A stretch of DNA of 64,000 bases. Source: Spirochaetia bacterium. Lineage in GTDB: Bacteria > Spirochaetota > Spirochaetia > CADAEX01. The DNA lies in NCBI GenBank assembly GCA_963662265.2, contig CAXXHA010000003.1, forward strand, positions 1 to 64,000, read 5' to 3'. Positions 1 through 9,310 of the stretch are shown here, one piece after another. The first letter of the stretch is position 1. Every line of letters begins with the position of its first letter. The position numbers were made by a program, and so were the translations under genes. The notes beneath the pieces are model-generated. The model was given only the letters and a program-made list of their open reading frames with translations, made no database searches and was not told the origin of the DNA.

Positions 1-349
1 CGCCATGCACCAGATAGGCGGTGAGCTTGAAGAAGCTGCAGAAGTTGCCGGATCCTCGTGGCCGAGACGTTTTATGGATATTGTCTGGCCGCTTTCCAGG
101 ACAGGATTTATCTCGGGGTTTTTAATTGTATTTGTAACAATTATGAGGGAATTAAGTCTTTTTATACTTCTGATATCCCCCAGCAACCAGGTTCTGACTA
201 CCCTGACTTTCAGATATGCAGAGCTTGGAGTTCCCCAGCTAAGTAATGCTCTTATGTCATTTCTGGTCCTGCTGATATTTATTATCATCGGAATTGTGAA
301 GCTGTATGAAAAACTTACAACCAAAAACAAAGTTTTAATTAAATCATAG
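1..349 (+). CDS. ABC transporter permease (Fe3+/polyamine FbpB/PotC-like), C-terminal part
   Basis: EAA loop ELEEAAEVAGSS followed by TM helices; 5' end lies outside the window; precedes an ABC ATPase. Confidence 0.85.
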   Translation, partial: AMHQIGGELEEAAEVAGSSWPRRFMDIVWPLSRTGFISGFLIVFVTIMRELSLFILLISPSNQVLTTLTFRYAELGVPQLSNALMSFLVLLIFIIIGIVKLYEKLTTKNKVLIKS

Positions 350-381
350 ACCTGTCAATCAGGTAGTTATCAGGAGAAAAC

Positions 382-1512
382 ATGGAAGAAGGAATAAAAC
401 TATCAAATATAACAAAAACATTCGGAAAAGCAGTAGCGCTTGATAATGTTAACCTGAATATTGCTCCGGGGAGTTTCACATCTCTTCTCGGACCTTCGGG
501 CTGCGGGAAAACAACCCTGCTGAGGATACTTGCAGGGCTGGAAGATGCAGACAGCGGGTTAATTGAAGTTGGAGGAAGGACTTTCTTTGATAAGGACAAT
601 GACATATATATTCCTGCAAGAAAAAGAGAGATAGGTCTTGTTTTCCAGTCTTATGCTCTGTGGCCTCATCTTACAGTATTTGAAAATGTATCATACGGGC
701 TGCGCATATCGAAAGTTTCAAAAGAAGAGATTGCCCGGAGGGTTGATAAAGTGCTTGAAAAGGTTGAAATGACCGGTTATGAAGGCAGATATCCCAATGA
801 GTTATCCGGCGGTCAGCAGCAGAGAATTTCAATGGCAAGAGTCCTTGTTACTGAGCCTTCTGTTCTTCTCATGGATGAACCGCTTTCCAATCTGGATGCG
901 AAGCTCCGCCTCAGCATGAGGGCTGAGTTGAAACGGTTTCACAGGGAAATGGGACTGACAATTGTATATGTTACTCATGATCAGAGTGAAGCAATGACAC
1001 TGTCAACAAATATTGCCGTTATGAAAAGCGGTGTTGTTCAGCAGTATGATAATCCGGAAACAGTATACAACCGACCAGGTAATCTTTTTGTTGCTGATTT
1101 TATGGGGGATCCCCAGGTCAATCTGATGGACGGACTGATTTTAAAGCAGAATGAAGAAACTACGGTTAAAATATTTGATGAAACTGAGCTTGATATTTCA
1201 GATGATCTTGAGGGAACAGTGGAAGACGGTCAGGAAGTTTCTGTTGCAATACATCCTGAGAATATAAAAATTTCACAGGAAGAAAAACCCGGATATATGA
1301 AGTTTAAAGTCATTGCTGTACTTGATTCAGGTGCATACAGGTATATTTATATAAGCAAGGGCGAAAGCAGTATAGTTGTTCATGATGTTTTTAAGGTATC
1401 AAGTAAAAATGATGAATATCTTTATATAGAGTTCCCGCCTGAGCATATAAATATGTATGACAAGGAATCTGAAAATATTATCAGCAAAAACAACTTGTCT
1501 GGTGATAAATGA
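382..1512 (+). CDS. ABC transporter ATP-binding protein (FbpC/PotA/MalK family)
   Basis: Walker A GPSGCGKT, signature LSGGQQQR, Walker B LLMDEP, H-loop VTHDQ, C-terminal TOBE-like region; RBS AGGAG. Confidence 0.95.
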   Translation: MEEGIKLSNITKTFGKAVALDNVNLNIAPGSFTSLLGPSGCGKTTLLRILAGLEDADSGLIEVGGRTFFDKDNDIYIPARKREIGLVFQSYALWPHLTVFENVSYGLRISKVSKEEIARRVDKVLEKVEMTGYEGRYPNELSGGQQQRISMARVLVTEPSVLLMDEPLSNLDAKLRLSMRAELKRFHREMGLTIVYVTHDQSEAMTLSTNIAVMKSGVVQQYDNPETVYNRPGNLFVADFMGDPQVNLMDGLILKQNEETTVKIFDETELDISDDLEGTVEDGQEVSVAIHPENIKISQEEKPGYMKFKVIAVLDSGAYRYIYISKGESSIVVHDVFKVSSKNDEYLYIEFPPEHINMYDKESENIISKNNLSGDK

Positions 1513-1687
1513 CAGATCCTGTTTATCTTCAGGAATATCAATGTGATAAAACTGTTGATAAATTGATATAAAAATCAGACATAGAAAAGAATCATCTTAA
1601 AATCAAAACTGTAATCAGGAATAATTTTTTCCTGTTTACAGTTGTTGTTTATGAAACTTGGTTTTAGAATTAAGGCAGGTAATTTAT

Positions 1688-2464
1688 ATGGAATCAATAA
1701 GAAATCTGATAGGTTATGTTGTAGAAGCAGGCGACATGGCTTATGAAGAGCAGAGCAGGGTGGTCAGGAATATAAAGAAAGACGGCTCTGTAGTAACAGT
1801 CATTGATAAAAAACTCAATGATTTTCTTTCAGAAAAAATTAAAAAAGAATATCCGGATATCAACCTGATAACAGAAGAGGATGACAGCAGTTATAATGCT
1901 GCACTGGAATACAGTTTTGCTGTGGACCCCATAGACGGAACAGATCCATACAGCCAGCAGATGCCTGGATGGTGTGTTTCTGTAGGGCTTCTTAAAGGTG
2001 CAACTCCAGTTGCAGGTATTATTTATGCACCCTCATGGGGCGCCAGTGGAGGGACACTTGTTGTAGGGGATCTTGACGGCTCTGTTGAAGTTAACGGAAA
2101 TAAAATTAAATACTGCGATAACGAACCTGACACTGATACATTCCAGATTATGACAGGTTCTCAGGTTTTCCGCCGGTTTGATGTTACTGGATTTGACGGG
2201 AAAATAAGATCTGCTGGTTCTTCAATAATTGCAATGATCAGCCCTGTAATTCATACAAATATGAAAGCATCAATTATTAATCAGGCTTATATCTGGGATA
2301 TTGCAGCAGCTCACGCAATTGTCAGAAACTACGGCCTTAAAACAGAATATATAAACGGCAGTGAAATTGATTATGTACCGCTTTTCAGAAGAGAAGCAAC
2401 TTCTGATTTTATAATATCAGGTTTTCCTGATTACTGTGATCTGCTGAAGCACTCCATTTTATAA
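1688..2464 (+). CDS. Inositol monophosphatase family phosphatase
   Basis: TEE, DPIDGT and WDIAAA motifs; ATG at 1688 preferred over upstream TTG. Confidence 0.9.
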   Translation: MESIRNLIGYVVEAGDMAYEEQSRVVRNIKKDGSVVTVIDKKLNDFLSEKIKKEYPDINLITEEDDSSYNAALEYSFAVDPIDGTDPYSQQMPGWCVSVGLLKGATPVAGIIYAPSWGASGGTLVVGDLDGSVEVNGNKIKYCDNEPDTDTFQIMTGSQVFRRFDVTGFDGKIRSAGSSIIAMISPVIHTNMKASIINQAYIWDIAAAHAIVRNYGLKTEYINGSEIDYVPLFRREATSDFIISGFPDYCDLLKHSIL

Positions 2465-2564
2465 TGATAATTTTGCAGATAACGCGGTATAAAAAACTGT
2501 GATTAAAGATTCTCTGATCAGTAAAAAAGTGATTTTCAGGATAAGGAACTGAGGAAAAATTCTA

Positions 2565-2617
2565 CTCACAAGTACAGTTAAAAGACAATAATTGATCAGA
2601 ACCACTGTACTTGTGAG
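2565..2617. repeat. Perfect 14-bp inverted repeat with 25-nt spacer
   Basis: CTCACAAGTACAGT (2565-2578) and ACTGTACTTGTGAG (2604-2617). Confidence 0.8.
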
Positions 2618-2919
2618 AGTGAATTATGTATTGCTGTACATCAAAAAGCATGGAAGCAAATTGTTCCCGGAAGAAAAAAATATTTTGAAAAGTCACCCCC
2701 CTGTTAATTTAAAAGAGTTTTCTAATTCATGTTTCTGTATTCTTTCAAGAATCCCGATTACATAATTGTATTTTTGCAACTCGCTATAATTCTTTATATT
2801 ATAGAGATTTAACTGTTAGTCTTAAACAGTTGTGAAACAGCTTCTCTTTTGTCCTGGAAACAGTAATCCCTTCATATTTCAATGAAAAATTATTCCCCAT
2901 GGTAGTGAAAAAAAATTTC

Positions 2920-2947
2920 TTGACAGCTGCATGATCAGTGGTAAAAT
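2920..2947 (+). promoter_or_regulatory. Sigma70-type promoter of the M20 hydrolase operon
   Basis: TTGACA-N16-TAAAAT with TG extension (TGgTAAAAT). Confidence 0.6.
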
Positions 2948-3052
2948 ATTTATGTAATGAAATTTCCTTTCACAAGGGTAGGAAAAATTATTACGCCGCG
3001 GAAAAATCTGATATCAGTTATAGGCCTGGATTCAGGACAGGAGGGAGGAAAA

Positions 3053-4333
3053 TTGCTTTATTGCGTTAGAAAAAATGAAAAGGACTGGATAAGGTTTACC
3101 CAGGAAATAGTACGATTTCCGTCCTTTACAGGAGAAGAAAAAGCATTTGCTGACTATTTACTGGATAAGCTGAAAACACTTGGAATAGACGAAACATTTG
3201 TTGATGGTGCCGGAAATGTTGTAGCTGTTATAAGGGGAACAGGAAAAGGTCCCAATATAATGCTTAATGGCCATCTTGATGTAGTGCCTGAAGGTGATGA
3301 ATCAAACTGGAACTATAAACCGTTTGCAGCTGAAATTGACGATGATCGTAACATAATCGGCAGAGGTGTCTGTGATCTCAAGGCAGGACTTGCAGCACAG
3401 TTCTTCGCTTTAAAAGTGTTTAAGGAAGCAGTAGATGAAGGTCTCGAATTGCCGGGAGACCTTGTTTTTACAGCTGTAGTGCATGAAGAAGCTGCTGAAA
3501 TGCTTGGAATGGAATATCTGTTTGAAAAGACAATGGATGCGCATGATTTAAACTGTGATCTTGTTTTTCTGTGTGAACCTTCAACCAATGACCTTGCAAT
3601 AGGTCACAGGGGTAAAGTTGAAATCGTTGTCAAAACCAAAGGACAGACTGCCCATTCATCACAGCCTGAGCTTGGAATAAACGCTCTTGAAAAAATGATC
3701 CCGATTCTGGAATCAGTGTTTGCCAAAAAGGGAATAAACCTGAAATCTGATCCAGTTCTCGGTGACAGCTCTGTTACAGTAACAAACTGTAAAGTCAGTC
3801 CGGGAGCACTCAGTATTGTACCTGATGGATGTGAGATATCGATTGACAGAAGGTATATGCCAGGTGAAAAACTTGAAGATATTGTTACAGAATTTGAGGT
3901 GATTTTCAAAGAAATTGAAAAGACTGACAGTGATTTCAAGGCTGAAGTAACTCCAAGGATTTTCAATGAAACAACATACACAGGGTACAGTAAAGACATT
4001 AAAAAATATCATCCGCCATGGGTAACACCAAGGAATCATGAGTTTGTTGTAAAGTCATTCAAGGCGCTCAGGTCTCTGGGACAGGATCCTGCTGAAAAAT
4101 ACTGGAAATTCGGAACAGACGGAAGTATGTGTGCCGGTATATACGGAATTCCTACAATAGGATATTCCGGGGCAGAGGAAAAATGGGCTCATCAGCCAAA
4201 TGAAAAAGTAAATATTGATGAAATGCTGAAAACTTTTGAAGGCTATGTAGCTATGTTATGTGAACTTTATGATATTGATATATCTGTTTTTGAAACAGAA
4301 AGGAGTAGGGAATTATGGACGCAGTCGAATTGA
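3053..4333 (+). CDS. M20 family metallohydrolase (ArgE/DapE/YgeY-like)
   Basis: GHLDVV, GRGVCDLK, HEE, CEP, HSS and AHQPNE motifs; in-frame TTG at 3053 follows strong RBS GGAGGGAGG (ORF track starts at 2957). Confidence 0.9.
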   Translation: MLYCVRKNEKDWIRFTQEIVRFPSFTGEEKAFADYLLDKLKTLGIDETFVDGAGNVVAVIRGTGKGPNIMLNGHLDVVPEGDESNWNYKPFAAEIDDDRNIIGRGVCDLKAGLAAQFFALKVFKEAVDEGLELPGDLVFTAVVHEEAAEMLGMEYLFEKTMDAHDLNCDLVFLCEPSTNDLAIGHRGKVEIVVKTKGQTAHSSQPELGINALEKMIPILESVFAKKGINLKSDPVLGDSSVTVTNCKVSPGALSIVPDGCEISIDRRYMPGEKLEDIVTEFEVIFKEIEKTDSDFKAEVTPRIFNETTYTGYSKDIKKYHPPWVTPRNHEFVVKSFKALRSLGQDPAEKYWKFGTDGSMCAGIYGIPTIGYSGAEEKWAHQPNEKVNIDEMLKTFEGYVAMLCELYDIDISVFETERSRELWTQSN

Positions 4334-5553
4334 AAAATGATGAAGTGAATTCTGTTGCGGTAAGACCTGCAAGACCTGTTGCGGGATTTTTAATAGTAAT
4401 TGCTCTTGCAATGCTTGTATATGCCTGGAGTTTTCTTCCGAAACCGGAAGTAAATATAGTATCGGATTATTCAACATGGCTTGCAAAGTCTGCTGAAGGA
4501 AGCTTTGTCCACAAGATTGCATGGCTTCTTGGAGACTGGGGAGATGCACAGTACCAGAGAACTGCACTCGGTGGTGTATTGATGATTCTTGGTTCAGCTC
4601 TTGCTGTTTTTCTTGAAAAAAACAAAAAGATGTGTACTTTCGGAATATGCTACGGTACCGGACTTTTCTGGAGAGTTCTTGTTTCTCAGTTTATTGCGGC
4701 TTTTATTTCAAATTTTCTTTATCAGAATATTTTTGTTACAACTGATCTCAATTGGGTACCGACATTTATTCCTATAGTCAGTATAACACCAGGTCTCGTC
4801 CTTATATATGGAGGGGAATGGAGAAAAGTTTTTACTGCCGGTGTAATCGGTGGTATAATCGGGTGTCCGTTTACTTATTATGTATTCAAGCATTTTGTAA
4901 CGCCATGGGGACTTATCGGTGCAGTTGCCAACGTAACACCGATGATTGTCGGCGGTCTTATAGCTTTCGAAGTCTGTAAGTTCCTTCCATGGATGGCAAA
5001 ACAGGAATCTGATCCTGAAGAGCCAGCTGCTGCTGTAGAAGAAGAAGCAGCGCCTGCTGCTGAAGCACCTGTTATGAATTCTTCATGGTTTGTAAAAAGA
5101 GTATTTGCAGATTTTACAGAAGCAAATTTTTACGGCAGTGAAATTGCAGGATTCCTTTTTATCGTGGGGGGGCTTATTACAATATATCTCAACCCACTCA
5201 ATCCCGGGTACGGAAGCGGTAATTTATACCTTGTAATGCTTTCTTCTCAGCTGCTTGCATCAGGTATAGGTGTGTTTCTTTACTGGCACAGATGGTATGA
5301 ACTTGGATGGTATCCGACATTTGTTCCTGTAGTAACTATGGGGCCTACGTTTGTCCTTCTCTACGGAACTGATCTCCATGTTGTTTTAACAGGAGCTTTC
5401 ATTGGCGGATTTGTAATGCCCCCTTTTGCCAACTGGGTATCCAGGAGCCTTCCGGCTCACCACCATCCATATATCGGTGCAGTTACCTCAATGTTTGTGA
5501 ACTGTATAGTATTTATTGCAGTTTTTAATTACGTTCCCGGATTCGGAGTATAA
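4315..5553 (+). CDS. Polytopic membrane protein with internal two-fold repeat (possible channel or transporter)
   Basis: About 10 hydrophobic segments; halves share YGTG/YGSG, SQFIA/SQLLA, WVPTFIPIVS/WYPTFVPVVT, LIYG/LLYG and IGAV. Confidence 0.75.
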   Translation: MDAVELKNDEVNSVAVRPARPVAGFLIVIALAMLVYAWSFLPKPEVNIVSDYSTWLAKSAEGSFVHKIAWLLGDWGDAQYQRTALGGVLMILGSALAVFLEKNKKMCTFGICYGTGLFWRVLVSQFIAAFISNFLYQNIFVTTDLNWVPTFIPIVSITPGLVLIYGGEWRKVFTAGVIGGIIGCPFTYYVFKHFVTPWGLIGAVANVTPMIVGGLIAFEVCKFLPWMAKQESDPEEPAAAVEEEAAPAAEAPVMNSSWFVKRVFADFTEANFYGSEIAGFLFIVGGLITIYLNPLNPGYGSGNLYLVMLSSQLLASGIGVFLYWHRWYELGWYPTFVPVVTMGPTFVLLYGTDLHVVLTGAFIGGFVMPPFANWVSRSLPAHHHPYIGAVTSMFVNCIVFIAVFNYVPGFGV

Positions 5554-5567
5554 TAAGGAGATTAATC

Positions 5568-6527
5568 ATGGAAAAAACTATAGAAAAAAATAAACTTGTA
5601 AAAACAAATATAGATGAAGCTATTGCAAGAATAGAGAGCTGGAAAGGCAAGAATGTAAAATATGAACTCCTTACAAAGGGTATAACCAACCCAAACTACA
5701 AAGTTACAGTTGATGGCGAAGATTTCTTCCTTAAAATACCCGGAGCCGGAACTGAAGCTTTTATTGACAGGGACAACTGCCACAAGGCTAATCTTATTGG
5801 AATGGGAACAGGTATCGGCCCTGAAGTTCTTCATTATTTTGAAGATACAGGTGTTGAAGTCTGGGAATGGCTTCCAAATCACAGACAGGTGATTTTCGGA
5901 GATATCTACAATGAAAAAATCTTCAGAAAAATAGGTGAAGCTGCAAGGAAATTTCATAATATTGACGGAGTAATCCTCCCTGTTAAACAGACTCTTTTTG
6001 AACAGGCATGGCAGATGATAGATCTCGCTAAAAACGGCGGGTATCTTCCACCATGGTATGACAGGATGGTTTTCCTTCTCAAGGAAATTGAAGAAGCTAT
6101 TAATGCGGACGGTATTGATTTCAAACCCTGCCACAACGATTTCTGGACAGCTAACTTCATGTATGATGATGCAGCAGATGACTTCAAGCTGATTGATTAT
6201 GAATATGCTTCAATGAACGACCCATACAATGACCTTGGCTGTTTTTCAACAACAAACTATCTTACAGAAGAGATGGATGTTGAACTGTGTAAAATATATC
6301 ATGGCGGATGGGATGAAAAGGGATTCGCAAAGATGAAACTCTATAAAATTGTTGCAGATATCAAATGGGGCTTCTGGGCGCTGCAGCAGTACCTTAATTC
6401 TGATGTTAAATTTGATTTCATGGACTGGTATGGTATGAAGGTCGCAAGGCTTCAGCACCTCTGGCTCGACCCTAGAGTTGATTACTGGCTCAACCTCCTC
6501 AAGGGAAGACCTCTTTTCAGGCAGTAG
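5568..6527 (+). CDS. Choline/ethanolamine kinase family phosphotransferase (LicA-like)
   Basis: GITNPNYKV, Brenner motif PCHNDF, LIDYEYA; RBS AAGGAG. Confidence 0.88.
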   Translation: MEKTIEKNKLVKTNIDEAIARIESWKGKNVKYELLTKGITNPNYKVTVDGEDFFLKIPGAGTEAFIDRDNCHKANLIGMGTGIGPEVLHYFEDTGVEVWEWLPNHRQVIFGDIYNEKIFRKIGEAARKFHNIDGVILPVKQTLFEQAWQMIDLAKNGGYLPPWYDRMVFLLKEIEEAINADGIDFKPCHNDFWTANFMYDDAADDFKLIDYEYASMNDPYNDLGCFSTTNYLTEEMDVELCKIYHGGWDEKGFAKMKLYKIVADIKWGFWALQQYLNSDVKFDFMDWYGMKVARLQHLWLDPRVDYWLNLLKGRPLFRQ

Positions 6528-6560
6528 AATCGCTTCCCGAATATAAAAAAATATTTTCCA

Positions 6561-6595
6561 GAGCTGTCTGTTTAAAAACCGGCAGCTCATTTTTT
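6561..6595 (+). terminator. Rho-independent terminator
   Basis: Stem GAGCTGTC / GGCAGCTC followed by a T-run, between convergent genes. Confidence 0.7.
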
Positions 6596-6608
6596 ATGCC
6601 GAGAGAAT

Positions 6609-8006
6609 TTATCTGATTGTTTTATTAATTATATCAATTCCTTTTTTAATCGAGACTGTATCAAGCATGCCGTAACCAAGTATGACAGTATTTGAGAATC
6701 TGTTTTTATTAATACAGTGACTTTCAACCGGATATACAACTGTACCGTTTTTTTCAAGCCTGGAAAGAAGTTCCCTGTTAAAAACAATTCCGCTGAACCC
6801 TGCACAGAGATGCAGGCCTGTTGATTCTCCGGTAATTTTAACATCATTTCCAAAAATTTTATAAAGATAACTGGTTATAAAATCTCTTCTTTTTCTGTAT
6901 ATTTTTTTCATTTTACTTATATGTCTTGAGTAATGTCCTTTATTGATAAACTCTGAAAGAATCAGCTGATCTAGTGATGCGTTATGAAGGTCTGTCTGCC
7001 ATTTTATCTCCCGTCCTTTGTTAACCAATATTCGGGGAAGTACAATAAATGCTGTTCTCAGAGCCGGGAAAAGTGTTTTGCTGAAAGTTCCGATATAGAT
7101 TACCCTGTCCGGATTAAGGCTTTGTATTGATGACAGCGGATGTCCGTCATACCTGAATTCACTGTCATAATCATCTTCAATAATATAACTGTTATGCTTC
7201 TCTGCATACTTTATAAGCTCGATTCTTTTTTTTGCAGGAAGAATAGTGCCCAGGGGATACTGGTGTGAAGGTGTTGTATAGATAAAGCCTGGATCAATAT
7301 TCTCATCAATCAGGTTTATATCTATGCCATTGTCATCAGCTTTCAATGGAATAACTTTTCCATTCCTGCCTGTAATTATCAGGGGAATATCCAGGGTAAC
7401 AGGATCTTCTATTATAACAGGTTTTCCTGTTTTTCCGGCAAGAAGCTGTGTGATAATTCCAATAGCCTGTGTTGTTCCTGCAGTTATTACAATCTGGTCA
7501 GGAGTACATACTGTTCCCCTTGAAATACTCAGATAATCAGAAATTGATTTTCTGAGCTCAAATCTTCCTTCAGGGCTCTGATATGAAAGATCCAGAGGTT
7601 TTATTTTTTCCAGCATTTCTCTGCTGAGCCTGTTCCATACCTGTATAGGAAAGTATTTCAGATCAGGAAGTCCTGACCGGAAATCAATTACATCTGTTCT
7701 GAAAGGTTTGAACCCGACATCCTTCAGTAGATCTGCCTTTATACCTGTTTTCTGTTTCAGACTTGTTCCTTCTGAAACATAAGTTCCGTCTCCCTGCCTT
7801 GAATGGATAAATCCTTCAGCAATAAGGAGATCGTAGGATTCAACAACACAGTTTCTTGATATCCCGAGTTCACCGGCAAGTTTCCGGCTTGAAGGGAGTT
7901 TTGTACCCCCCTCAAGAATGCCTTCAAGTATTCTGCTTTTTATTGATTTATATATCTGCATGTAGATGGGAGTGTCTGATTTGTATTTTAAATCTATGAA
8001 TAACAT
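6609..8006 (-). CDS. MocR/GabR family PLP-dependent transcriptional regulator
   Basis: N-terminal GntR wHTH (LPSSRKLAGELGISRN) plus aminotransferase-like domain (TPSHQYPLG, IEDDYDSEFRY, GTFSKTLFPALR). Confidence 0.95.
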   Translation of the reverse strand: MLFIDLKYKSDTPIYMQIYKSIKSRILEGILEGGTKLPSSRKLAGELGISRNCVVESYDLLIAEGFIHSRQGDGTYVSEGTSLKQKTGIKADLLKDVGFKPFRTDVIDFRSGLPDLKYFPIQVWNRLSREMLEKIKPLDLSYQSPEGRFELRKSISDYLSISRGTVCTPDQIVITAGTTQAIGIITQLLAGKTGKPVIIEDPVTLDIPLIITGRNGKVIPLKADDNGIDINLIDENIDPGFIYTTPSHQYPLGTILPAKKRIELIKYAEKHNSYIIEDDYDSEFRYDGHPLSSIQSLNPDRVIYIGTFSKTLFPALRTAFIVLPRILVNKGREIKWQTDLHNASLDQLILSEFINKGHYSRHISKMKKIYRKRRDFITSYLYKIFGNDVKITGESTGLHLCAGFSGIVFNRELLSRLEKNGTVVYPVESHCINKNRFSNTVILGYGMLDTVSIKKGIDIINKTIR

Positions 8007-8055
8007 ATTGGTACTGTTGATTTTATCATATATTGGCTCTGTTTAAAACCAATAT
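8005..8055. promoter_or_regulatory. Putative MocR operator: two direct repeats and one inverted repeat
   Basis: ATATTGG at 8005 and 8030, CCAATAT at 8049, in the divergent intergenic region. Confidence 0.7.
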
Positions 8056-8087
8056 CAGCGTATATATTGTTTTACAAGCGAGGAAAA

Positions 8088-9011
8088 ATGATAAAAAAAT
8101 ATAACAGGATAATAGGAATCAGCGAGATGGTACTTGCAATGTCGTTCGGCGGAAGCAGCGTGGTTGCGGGGAAATTTCTCAGTGGAAATTATTCTGTATT
8201 TCTAATAGGTTTTATGAGTCTGTTATTTTCTCTTGTTTTCATGATACCTGTCCAGCTGTTTAAAGTACGTGAATTGCTGTCATTGAGAATGTGCGATCTT
8301 AAATACATGATTTTTCAGGCACTTTTCGGAATAGTATTTTTCAGGCTTTTTACCCTTCTCGGGCTTAAGTTTACAACAGCTTTATCTGCAGGAATTCTAA
8401 CCAGTACTACACCTGCAGTTATAGCTGTTGCTGCAGTTATACTGCTCGGGGAAAAATTCAGGGGAAAAGATGCAGCAGCAATCATTCTTGCAGTTCTCGG
8501 TATACTTGTTATAAATATTTTTTCCGGACAAAACAGCGGAGGATTTTCCTTCTCTGCAGAAGCAATTGTAGGGAATCTTTTCATACTTATGGCTGTTGCC
8601 GGAGAAGCACTCCTTACAATATTCAGGAAAAAAACAGTCAGAGAAGTCTCTTCAGTTACAAATACTACTGTTTTATCTGTTATATCACTTCTGCTTTTTC
8701 TCCCTTTTGCTGTTCCCGATATACTAAAACTGGAATTAAGCTCTGTTACAACATGGGATCTGATTATCATTATTTACTACGGATGTTTTGTTACAGCAGC
8801 AGGTTATATGCTGTGGGGCGACGGTGCTGTCAGAATTCCTGCAAAACAGACAGGAATAATATCATCCTGCATGCCGCTTGCAGCAATATTACTTTCAACA
8901 ACAGTGCTTAATGAAGTGCTTGAGTGGTATCATATTACAGGGGGCGGATTAATTTTTATCAGTCTTTTAACCGGGTGCATTGCAAAAGAGGAGGTTGAAA
9001 GCAATGTTTAA
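8088..9011 (+). CDS. DMT/EamA family transporter
   Basis: About 10 TM helices in two EamA repeats (GLKFTTALSAGIL, LLGEK, LNEVL); ATG after GAGG. Confidence 0.9.
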   Translation: MIKKYNRIIGISEMVLAMSFGGSSVVAGKFLSGNYSVFLIGFMSLLFSLVFMIPVQLFKVRELLSLRMCDLKYMIFQALFGIVFFRLFTLLGLKFTTALSAGILTSTTPAVIAVAAVILLGEKFRGKDAAAIILAVLGILVINIFSGQNSGGFSFSAEAIVGNLFILMAVAGEALLTIFRKKTVREVSSVTNTTVLSVISLLLFLPFAVPDILKLELSSVTTWDLIIIIYYGCFVTAAGYMLWGDGAVRIPAKQTGIISSCMPLAAILLSTTVLNEVLEWYHITGGGLIFISLLTGCIAKEEVESNV

Positions 9012-9045
9012 TTTAAAGAAGTATTATAAATTCCCACTTTCTGTT

Positions 9046-9270
9046 TTATTGGAGTGATAAATTATCCTGAACCTGTTCTTCACTATTTCGAAGAGTGCTG
9101 CTGATTAGGAAAAGGATGAATCCTTCAATCATAACCATTATACTGCTTCCCCTTGCATCTCCGGTTCCGGTGTATTTCCCGATGCTTCCGGCAAGAAATC
9201 CCCCTTCAGAAAACATCGGGTTGAATAATCTGTCTGCAAGAAAACCTGTGCATAAAAAGGATAAAAGCAT
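9046..9270 (-). pseudogene. C-terminal remnant of an MFS transporter (MefA-like)
   Basis: GFLADRLFNPMFSEGGFLAGSIGKYTGTGDARG resembles the last TM segments of MefA-like MFS proteins; the rest of the gene is absent. Confidence 0.55.
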
Positions 9271-9310
9271 TCCTTTTTCCCTTTCTTATCCCGGCAGCTG
9301 AAACATCTGT

